A DNA stretch of 23,446 nucleotides, from contig CAZGJX010000062.1 in the NCBI GenBank assembly GCA_964525635.1, positions 1,932-25,377 on the forward strand, in the 5' to 3' direction. The notes under the pieces were generated by a model. It was not told the origin of the DNA. It made no database searches and saw only the letters and a program-made list of their open reading frames with translations. Origin of the DNA: an uncultured archaeon (GTDB lineage: Archaea; Asgardarchaeota; Lokiarchaeia; Sigyniarchaeales; SOKP01). Shown here piece after piece: positions 1 through 7,733 of the stretch. How positions within the stretch are numbered: position 1 is the first letter of the stretch; each line of letters starts with the position of its first letter. The translations under genes and the position numbers were made by a program.

Positions 1-218
1 TTAGAATCTTTGAATTTAATTGATAATGTTTTCTTAACGTTTTTTAATAAAAAAGGTAATGATTCCTTAACATTTTTTAATAAAAAAGTTGCTACATAAA
101 TAAAAATTGCAATTTTCGTTGTTTTTCCAACAAATTTAGAATCTTTGAATTTAATTGATAATGTTTTCTTAACGTTTTTTAATAAAAAAGTTAATAATTT
201 TAATAAAAAAGTTAATAA
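1..218. repeat. Nested direct repeats: 55-bp identical copies at 1-55 and 136-190; core TTTTAATAAAAAAG at 42, 75, 177 and 198; 21-bp tandem pair at 177-197 and 198-218
   Basis: Read directly from the sequence. Confidence 0.9.
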
Positions 219-221
219 CAT
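1..221 (-). CDS. Partial repeat-containing hypothetical protein (runs off the left edge)
   Basis: ATG at 221-219, then 73 stop-free codons to the edge: MLLTFLLKLLTFLLKNVKKTLSIKFKDSKFVGKTTKIAIFIYVATFLLKNVKESLPFLLKNVKKTLSIKFKDS. All internal repeat spacings (21, 33, 135 nt) are multiples of 3. Not in the ORF track because the stop lies outside the window. Confidence 0.4.
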   Translation of the reverse strand, partial: MLLTFLLKLLTFLLKNVKKTLSIKFKDSKFVGKTTKIAIFIYVATFLLKNVKESLPFLLKNVKKTLSIKFKDS

Positions 222-353
222 CAGCTAATACTCTAAATTTATTTTTGAGCAACTATTTTTATGATATTAGATGATTATTTTAATACTTGCCTCTATTTAA
301 ATCCAATCCCAATTTTTAATAATACTTTTTTATTATAGAAATTGGAAAAAAAC

Positions 354-1046
354 CTATAAATGAGGTTTTTTAAAAAAGATTGATATAGTAAAAGAATAAA
401 ACCAAATAGAAATAAAGATAACAAGTACCCATTCAGATATCGTTCTAATATAAGTAAAAATAAAATTCGCAAAAAAAGTAAATGATAATAGAATAGTTAA
501 ACTAAAAAGTCCTGCTATTCCAATAATTTTAGGTAAATCAAAATTATAAATTACAATAAATAAACTAATGTAAAATGCTGCAAAAACATAACCAACTAAT
601 ACAAAACTAGCAAATACAAAATGTAAATAAAAAATATTTCTATCCATACTGAATATTCCAATTCCCACAAGACCAATATTTCCAATAATTATAGATAAGG
701 AAGATAAGACTGATTTAACATTAGAAATATTATTAATTTTCGAATTATACTTTATATATTTTAAAATATAAAATGTAAATGGAAATGAAAATAAACCTGA
801 CATAAGACAAGCCATATCAAATATATATGGTGCTGGAGAATAATTTTTCTGACCCATATCACTTATTAAATTTTTTAATGGAGTGAAAGATTTTTTACCA
901 AAAAAAGTAGTTATTAAAAAACTTGAAAGAAATAGAATTACATATAAGATAATTGATAAAACCATAGTTATTTTAGCAAATTTAAAATTTGTAATTCTCT
1001 TATATACTGATACAATATTATTTCGAATAGTAGATAATAAATTCAT
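354..1046 (-). CDS. DUF998/Frag1-DRAM-Sfk1-like multi-pass membrane protein
   Basis: About 6 hydrophobic segments, N-x-ISDMG motif after TM1, LH in a later helix and EW near the C-terminus, as typical of this family. Confidence 0.6.
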   Translation of the reverse strand: MNLLSTIRNNIVSVYKRITNFKFAKITMVLSIILYVILFLSSFLITTFFGKKSFTPLKNLISDMGQKNYSPAPYIFDMACLMSGLFSFPFTFYILKYIKYNSKINNISNVKSVLSSLSIIIGNIGLVGIGIFSMDRNIFYLHFVFASFVLVGYVFAAFYISLFIVIYNFDLPKIIGIAGLFSLTILLSFTFFANFIFTYIRTISEWVLVIFISIWFYSFTISIFFKKPHL

Positions 1047-1270
1047 AAATTTTTATTAAGGTAATTGAGTGATTACTATTAATAATATATAATAATAAGA
1101 TTATATATAAAAAATAATGTTATAAAGAGATTTTTACAATTAAAATATAAAAAAAACAAGAAGTAATGATTTAAATAAGAATTTAAAAATCTTTTTATTT
1201 TTACTATAAATAACAAAGATTATTATTATTATTGAAATTTAAAATTATAAAATAGGAAAAACACTTTAGA

Positions 1271-1276
1271 AGGTGA
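1271..1276 (+). promoter_or_regulatory. Shine-Dalgarno-like AGGTGA upstream of the GTG start of the GTPase gene
   Basis: AGGTGA ends 4 nt before GTG at 1281. An in-frame TAA at 1248-1250 excludes a much longer N-terminus. Confidence 0.55.
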
Positions 1277-1280
1277 ATTT

Positions 1281-2220
1281 GTGAAAATATCCCTTGTAGG
1301 AATTAGTGGATGTGGTAAAACAAGTATATATTCTGTTGCTTTTGCCGGTAATTTCCCTGAAGATACTAATTCTCTAAATCCTACAATCTTATATGAAACA
1401 AGACGCCATCCTTTTCTTGGACTCCAAATTGGAATATAATTAATATGCATATCGCATTAAATATTCAATCGATTTTGGAGGACAGGCTCAATATAGAAAA
1501 GAATATATTGAAAGACCAGAGGTCTTTAAAGGGACAGACGTATTAGTACCTATAGTAGATTTACATGATGCTGAGAGTTTTGAAGAAGCGGAGGAATATT
1601 TTAAGGATTTATTAAATGTATATAAAGAAAATAATGAGAAACCAAAAGTTATCCTTTTCTATCATAAATATGATACAGAAAACTTTGAAAAAGAATTACT
1701 TGATGTTAATGTTTCCAAAGCGAAAGATATTTTTGAGAAAATATTTCAAGGATATGAACTAAAATCTTATTTAACAAGTATTTATAATCAGGATAATTTA
1801 GCCAAAATCTTCCGAGAAATTTTAATTTCTTCATATGAAGATATAAAAGAACATTTAGAAAGAGCACAAAAACAACTAGATCAAATAAGAGCAAAAATTA
1901 TTATTTCTGATATATCTGGTAATATTATAGTTCATAATGTGAAGGGTATTAGTAGAGGATTGTCTTTAAGAATTGATTTAAGAGATTTCATAAATTCATG
2001 TAATACTGTACGAGAGAATATATTTATGTCAGAATCGGCAACTTTTAAAGGATTTAATAATAAAAATAAAGAGTTAGAATTATATATTATTAAATATATT
2101 ATCGCTGTTCTAATTATGAAATCTGAAAAAATAGATAAAGACTCCCAAAATAAATTGAACATTCTTTTAAATGATATGGAATTATTTGCTGATTTAATTG
2201 TTTCAGCACATATAGAGTGA
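1281..2220 (+). CDS. Rag/Gtr-like (Arf/Rag clade) small GTPase with C-terminal roadblock-like domain; split gene join(1281..1437,1469..2220), 302 aa
   Basis: Exon 1 is MKISLVGISGCGKTSIYSVAFAGNFPEDTNSLNPTILYETRRHPFLGLQIGI (G1 GxxxxGKTS, G2 PT). Exon 2 is open from 1471 to TGA at 2218-2220, with DFGGQ (G3), HKYD (G4, Rag-type HKxD), TSIY (G5) and a C-terminal IIISDISGNII segment resembling roadblock strands. Confidence 0.88.
1438..1468 (+). other. Putative 31-nt bulge-helix-bulge (tRNA-endonuclease-type) intron in a protein-coding gene: AATTAATATGCATATCGCATTAAATATTCAA
   Basis: Outer stem CTCCAAATTG (1422-1431) / CGATTTTGGAG (1470-1480), central 4-bp helix GAAT (1432-35) / ATTC (1463-66), 3-nt bulges ATA (1436-38) and AAT (1467-69), inner pairs ATT/AAT and hairpin ATGC-atatc-GCAT. 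Cleavage after the 2nd nt of each bulge gives ATA T|TC GAT, restoring the frame. Confidence 0.78.
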
Positions 2221-2297
2221 AATTAAATATAATTTTCCTATTAATCTCTTCATTTATCATATATATCTATTTTATAATAGAAATAAATAAAATAGAT

Positions 2298-2903
2298 TTA
2301 TTTGCGTTTTAAAGGGATTTCCCACTTATATAAATTATTAAAAATCATACTTAATAATTTTTCAAATGTATCAAGAATAACTTCACTATTAATTGCGATA
2401 GTATGATTTAAACCAATGTTATCATAATTATCATAATTTATTTTATCCAGAAATGATTTGATTTCAAATTTATTAGATAAATCTTGTTTATTAAATGATA
2501 TTATTTTTGGAATATTATTTATTATCTCTTTTTCAAAATAACTCATTAATTCTTTCCATGAAACAATATTCCTATTAAAAGCTTTTTGTTGAGAATCAGC
2601 AACAAATATTAATCCATCTATACCTTTTAATACTGTAGGTCTTGTAATAATATAAAAATCTTGGCCAGTTATTGAATAAATATTGATTTTTAGAAGCCAT
2701 CTTTCATTTTGAAATAAAATAACACCATAATCAAAAAATAATGTCCGATTAATGCTACTCTCATTACTTTTTACATCTTTTTTTTTCCCAAAATGATTAA
2801 ATAAAGATTTTAATGATGTTGTTTTACCTGAAAGTGCAGGTCCAAAATAAACTATTTTAATCTGAATGATTTTCTCTAAGCTATTTAATATCATATTATA
2901 CAA
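2298..2903 (-). CDS. MglA-like small GTPase
   Basis: KIVYFGPALSGKTT (G1), RTLFFD (MglA switch I), SITGQ (cf. MglA TVPGQ), DGLIFVADSQ, NKQD (G4). Confidence 0.88.
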   Translation of the reverse strand: MYNMILNSLEKIIQIKIVYFGPALSGKTTSLKSLFNHFGKKKDVKSNESSINRTLFFDYGVILFQNERWLLKINIYSITGQDFYIITRPTVLKGIDGLIFVADSQQKAFNRNIVSWKELMSYFEKEIINNIPKIISFNKQDLSNKFEIKSFLDKINYDNYDNIGLNHTIAINSEVILDTFEKLLSMIFNNLYKWEIPLKRK

Positions 2904-3080
2904 ATAATCTATAGTTAATAATGTTTAGAACTTCAGCTATAAAAACGACTAATTTTTATTAATAAAATTATATTAGATATAATTTTAGATTGTAAAATAA
3001 TACACTCTTAGATTTACTATTCACTCATCGAAATTTTCTTTTTTTAAATATAAAACGAATAAAAAATAAAAAAAAATGAT

Positions 3081-3662
3081 TTAAATATCTTTTAATTTTT
3101 TGCGTAGGTAGCAAAGTCCAAGGATTGTAATTGGAATTCCTATTATAACAAAAATCCAAAGTGCTGCCATAAGATAAGCTCCAATCCAATAGATATAAGG
3201 TATGTTATTAAATGGTTCAAAAAGATTATCATCTAAATGAACAATTATTAGAAAGACAATAAATATGAAAAATCCTAAGGCTCCCGCTCCACCTCCATAT
3301 TTTTCAATTTGTTTTTCTTCTCGTTTCTTTCTGCTTTTTATTTCATCTTTATCTTCCTGAGGTAATTTACGCCACCAAAGACCACCAATAATGCAAATAT
3401 ATATAATTAATGGTATGAGTATAACTAAAACTTCCCATAATATAACCCAGAGGCACCATAAAATTAAATCTCCCAAGGAGAATTCACCTAATGTCGCAGT
3501 ACCACCATTACCGATTTCTAAGTTATATATTACATAATATAAAGTAAACATCGCTCCGATAATAGCTATTATTATTCCTATAATTAGAAGTAATAAAATT
3601 GTCCAATATTTTTTTATCATTATTTTCAGAAATGTTAAATCAGAGATTTCTTTTTCATTCAT
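3081..3662 (-). CDS. Hypothetical membrane protein (about 4 TM segments, charged cytoplasmic loop)
   Basis: 193-aa ORF with a clear hydrophobic/charged pattern and purine-rich GAAGGGA upstream on the minus strand. Confidence 0.75.
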   Translation of the reverse strand: MNEKEISDLTFLKIMIKKYWTILLLLIIGIIIAIIGAMFTLYYVIYNLEIGNGGTATLGEFSLGDLILWCLWVILWEVLVILIPLIIYICIIGGLWWRKLPQEDKDEIKSRKKREEKQIEKYGGGAGALGFFIFIVFLIIVHLDDNLFEPFNNIPYIYWIGAYLMAALWIFVIIGIPITILGLCYLRKKLKDI

Positions 3663-4007
3663 AACACTATTCCCTTCCTTTCTTAATTAATATTTTTTGA
3701 TTGTTTTATAAATTAGATTTGTTATAGGTATTTAAATTAAAATTCATATTTAAATATTTTCCTTTTAGGATTGGCTAAATTTACTAAATTAAAAATTAAC
3801 CATATTTGATTTATTTTTGATATTATTAATTTAATTACTTATATTAATAAAATCAAATAAAATTATCAAATATTTATATTATTAATAAAATAGATAATTC
3901 ATTTAAAAAAAATAATTATAGTGTGCTTTAGTTTGATAAATTATAAAAGTAATACTTTAAAGAATTAATTAATTTCTATTATTAAAAAGATAAAATTAGG
4001 ATTTAAA

Positions 4008-4235
4008 ATGGTTGATAAAGAAAAAGTTAAAGAAGTTATCGAGAAAATACGTCCTCAATTGCAGATGGATGGAGGAGATGTTGAACTTATTGAAATAACT
4101 GATGATGGTATTGTAAAAGTACGTCTTCAAGGTCATTGTGCAGGTTGTATGCATGCTCAAGAAACATTAAAAGATGGAATAGAACGAGCTATAAAACAAT
4201 TTGTTCCTGAAATAAAGTCAGTTGAAAATGTATAA
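4008..4235 (+). CDS. nifU: NifU C-terminal domain (Nfu-type Fe-S cluster carrier) protein
   Basis: IRPQLQMDGGDVEL...VRLQGHCAGC, the Nfu/NifU-C signature with CxxC. Confidence 0.92.
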   Translation: MVDKEKVKEVIEKIRPQLQMDGGDVELIEITDDGIVKVRLQGHCAGCMHAQETLKDGIERAIKQFVPEIKSVENV

Positions 4236-4304
4236 AAATCCTTATTCTAAAAGGTTTAAATATATTTATTTAATTTTTTAAACTATTCTGATATTATTTG
4301 AATT

Positions 4305-6170
4305 TCATAAATTCTTTGAAATAACTTTTTCTTGATAATTAAAAATAGATTCTATTAATTTTATAATGGAATTTGGAGGATTTTTATTTAGTTTTAAATA
4401 TCTTGTAGCTACAAATCTAGCCCTCAAACCCTTCTTTTTGCCTATTCCATATTTTTTGCTAACATAATCTTCAAATTTCCGATATTCAAAATCATCTCTT
4501 CTTAATTGTTTTTCAAAATAGGGATCAAATACAAAATAATTATCACCAGAATTTGAGGGATAATCTGAAGGTTTTTCTCCACAAAATTGTAATAACCATC
4601 TATTTAATTTTTTATGTGTCCATCTTTCTTTTGAATATCTATCGTTATCGAATATTAAAAAAACAGGTATATCAAAAATAGAAAATAATTCAGCATAATC
4701 TATCATTATATATTTACCTGCTGTTTGAATAAGAATAATCCCTTTTTCATCAAAATTCTTACCTAAAAGTGAAGCCCAAATAGGTAAACTTAAGAATTCT
4801 GTAGGACCTTCACATAATACTACTATATTTCCGAAGAATCCTTCCCTGATTGAAATTGTAAGCATTTGTAACAGTCTAGCCTTAATATTTTTAGGAGAAC
4901 ATTTTCTCCTCAAGCGTCTATTTTTAATATTACATAATTTTTGGTAATCCAATTGTTTTATATATGTACCATTTCTTTCTGATTTCATAACTAATAGGAC
5001 TCTATCTAAATGTTCTGGAGGAACTAAATAAGGAGAATGTGTAGTATAAATAATTGATAAATTAGGATTTTCAATGAGAAATTTTTCCATTAATATAATA
5101 ATATTCCGTTGAGCATTTGGATGGAGATTTACATTAGGTTCATCAATTAAAATTATTGACGTTTTTTTTTTTTCTATTTTATTGTAAATATACACTAAAA
5201 ATGTAAATAACCATATTTCTGCATCGCCCTTTTGGTTTATATTTATTAGTTCTCCTTGTTCTTCAACTAAACACTCAAAATAATTTGAATTAAATCTCAT
5301 CAGAAAGTTATTTTGTTTTCTAATCCAATTCTCCTGTAAAAAACTTTCCAATCCTTTATCTCTTTTTTCAGCTAATTGATTTATGATATGAGAATTATTC
5401 TTTTCTCTAATAAAATCTTGAATTTGCAGTTTCATTGAATCAAAAATCAGTTGATATATTTTATTTTCTTGATAACACACTTCATCATAAATTAAATTAT
5501 TAGAAAACCCACTAAATATCCGGTAATTAAATTTGATAAAAAGAGGGGAATGATTTTTTATCATTTCTTTGAGATAGGATACATTAAAAACGATTTTATT
5601 TAATAAATTCTCCAGTTGATGGTAGTCCTCATTATTGATTATTTTTTGGTTATCTTTAATTTTTTCTTCTAATTTTTCTAAATCTTCACTCATTTTATTT
5701 AAATTATGATAATAATTATGAAGTTGTAAAAGATATTGGTCTTCAATATCATGCTTCCTTAATAATTGGATAATTTTCTTTATATCTTCATCAACATATT
5801 CATCTAAATATTTTCCATTTATTTTATAATTAAATCCGTCATAATTTGTAAAAAATTTTGTTATTTTAACATATTTTCGTTTATTTCTTTCATTATTAAT
5901 AGGTTCTAAGAGATTTGAATGATTGATTTCTTTTTCTTCCATTTCAATTTCAATGGATAACTCTGTTGTAGTATAAAGTTCATTTCTTGGTCTATCATCA
6001 GGTTGTATATTAGAAATATTTGTGTTAAAATATTGTAGAGCATCAATTATTGAAGATTTACCCGAAGCATTTTTACCTATTAAAACTTGTATACGATCTC
6101 TATGAAAATACCATTCTTTTGAATCCTTTATTGAACGAAAATTTTTAATTCTTATTTTTCTTATTTCCAT
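4305..6170 (-). CDS. OLD-family ATP-dependent endonuclease (ABC ATPase + TOPRIM)
   Basis: IKNFRSI, Walker A GKNASGKS, Walker B LIDEP, TTHSP, TOPRIM CEGPTE and FDND. The likely start is ATG at 6170 (MEIRKIRIKNF) rather than TTG at 6209. Confidence 0.88.
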   Translation of the reverse strand: MEIRKIRIKNFRSIKDSKEWYFHRDRIQVLIGKNASGKSSIIDALQYFNTNISNIQPDDRPRNELYTTTELSIEIEMEEKEINHSNLLEPINNERNKRKYVKITKFFTNYDGFNYKINGKYLDEYVDEDIKKIIQLLRKHDIEDQYLLQLHNYYHNLNKMSEDLEKLEEKIKDNQKIINNEDYHQLENLLNKIVFNVSYLKEMIKNHSPLFIKFNYRIFSGFSNNLIYDEVCYQENKIYQLIFDSMKLQIQDFIREKNNSHIINQLAEKRDKGLESFLQENWIRKQNNFLMRFNSNYFECLVEEQGELININQKGDAEIWLFTFLVYIYNKIEKKKTSIILIDEPNVNLHPNAQRNIIILMEKFLIENPNLSIIYTTHSPYLVPPEHLDRVLLVMKSERNGTYIKQLDYQKLCNIKNRRLRRKCSPKNIKARLLQMLTISIREGFFGNIVVLCEGPTEFLSLPIWASLLGKNFDEKGIILIQTAGKYIMIDYAELFSIFDIPVFLIFDNDRYSKERWTHKKLNRWLLQFCGEKPSDYPSNSGDNYFVFDPYFEKQLRRDDFEYRKFEDYVSKKYGIGKKKGLRARFVATRYLKLNKNPPNSIIKLIESIFNYQEKVISKNL

Positions 6171-6477
6171 TTCTATTTTTTTAATAATAGTTTTCCCTTT
6201 TAATTTCAATGGTAATTCTTTGAAATCTCAGATTCAATATATAAAAATTGAAAAAAATAAGAAAAAAATGTAAGAATAGATTTACTATGAATTAATTATC
6301 TAATCAATTAAAATGTTTGATTTTATTAAATATAGAGACGAGATTTTATCAATATAATTGATTTAGATTTTAAATTTTATATAAATACTCCAGATTCACA
6401 TATTTTAGAATTTTAATAAACTTAATTAAATTATTTTAATTATTATAAAGAAAGCAATATATTATAATTGAAATAAC

Positions 6478-7722
6478 ATGAAAGAAAAGGACAAGAAAGA
6501 AAGAATAGATTCTTCGAACAATGATTCAAAAAAATTAGAAGGAAAATCTAAAAAAGAAAAAAAGAAAAGTCAAGCTGAAATACTTGAAGAGACATTAGGT
6601 TTAGAACCGAATTCTTTAGCATTTATTGAGAAAAGATTGTATATTACCCGTTTTATGGATTATTTTTCTGAAGAAACCCTTGATTTTATATATCGAGATA
6701 AACAATTAGAAAAATATAAAACACGAATTATTGAAATGATGGAATCTATTGATCAAAAAGATGAAGAAGATAAATTATTAAAACAAAGTCTTGAAAATAA
6801 ACAAATATTCAAAATATGTGAACAATTGAAAAGATCTGGTGAAGAACTTGCTTTAGAAAAGGGAATTAAGCAATCAATAGATAAAAAAATTAGAAATTAT
6901 TCACTATTCATGGGATTACCGATCATTAGTGTAGTTCTTATACTTTCTATATTTAATCTAGCAGTGTTCGCTTTTCCATTATTATGCGTTTTTTGTGGAT
7001 TATCTTCATATCCTCGTATACATTTCTTAAAAAAATGGCAGATATTTAAAGAAGAAAATAAAATAGATTTTTATACAAAAAATCGTGAGGATATTATGAT
7101 TTTAAAGGGATTTACAGGAGATAGTTTAAAAAATATAAGAAGAAAACTTTTAGAATTAAAAATTCCATTACAATTAATAAAATTTGTACTTTATAGTAGT
7201 GATTATGAAAATTTAAACATCCTTACTTCAAGGACACAGAAATCAGTATCTCAATACGTTTTATCATTTGAGTATCCTCCTGATGTAGAACCCTTTGCTA
7301 TCCCAGAATCATTAGCACAGCTAATTCCAGAAGAAGAGAAATCAACGAATAAGTTAGAAGAAAATTTCGTAGTTTTAAAAAGTATAAAAACAACAAATGG
7401 AATTATAGAAAATTTTATTCCAACATTAAAAGAAGAACTTGTTATTGAGATTAATAATTTATTAAATAATTGTCAATTTTCAAAATCTACTCAAGATATA
7501 GATTTAATTCTTCCTAATTATTCTCCAGAAAATGCAATATATTGTAAATGTGGTGAATATGTTGAAATTGATAATGTTCAAATTTGTAATTTGAATGATG
7601 ATTTCAAATTTTATTTGTTTGAAGGAAAACCATGTAATTGTGGTGAAAAAATTTATGCTATATCATTAATGGATCAGAATACTGACGTTCCCGAAGATTT
7701 AAAACAAATATTTTTAGATTAA
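6478..7722 (+). CDS. Hypothetical protein with a central two-helix membrane anchor and a C-terminal CxC...CxC putative Zn site
   Basis: 414-aa ORF; hydrophobic hairpin around aa 142-178; YCKCGE and PCNCGE motifs. Confidence 0.75.
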   Translation: MKEKDKKERIDSSNNDSKKLEGKSKKEKKKSQAEILEETLGLEPNSLAFIEKRLYITRFMDYFSEETLDFIYRDKQLEKYKTRIIEMMESIDQKDEEDKLLKQSLENKQIFKICEQLKRSGEELALEKGIKQSIDKKIRNYSLFMGLPIISVVLILSIFNLAVFAFPLLCVFCGLSSYPRIHFLKKWQIFKEENKIDFYTKNREDIMILKGFTGDSLKNIRRKLLELKIPLQLIKFVLYSSDYENLNILTSRTQKSVSQYVLSFEYPPDVEPFAIPESLAQLIPEEEKSTNKLEENFVVLKSIKTTNGIIENFIPTLKEELVIEINNLLNNCQFSKSTQDIDLILPNYSPENAIYCKCGEYVEIDNVQICNLNDDFKFYLFEGKPCNCGEKIYAISLMDQNTDVPEDLKQIFLD

Positions 7723-7733
7723 ATAAAAATCAG

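Noticed and set aside
1-218. CRISPR array
   Set aside because: Repeat lengths and spacings are irregular, the would-be spacers are themselves duplicated, and no cas genes are present.
1431-1473. Programmed frameshift, readthrough or single-base sequencing error as the cause of the GTPase split
   Set aside because: The exon-1 frame stops at 1437 and 1458 and the exon-2 frame is closed at 1441, so the open frames do not overlap. About 10 extra residues would also sit inside the beta3-G3 motif.
1229-2162. Minus-strand ORFs 1229..1450, 1706..1894 and 1932..2162
   Set aside because: Antisense shadows of the split GTPase gene, with no recognisable motifs.
1939-2220. 93-aa ORF as an independent gene
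   Set aside because: It is the in-frame C-terminal part of GTPase exon 2, which is open from 1444 onward.
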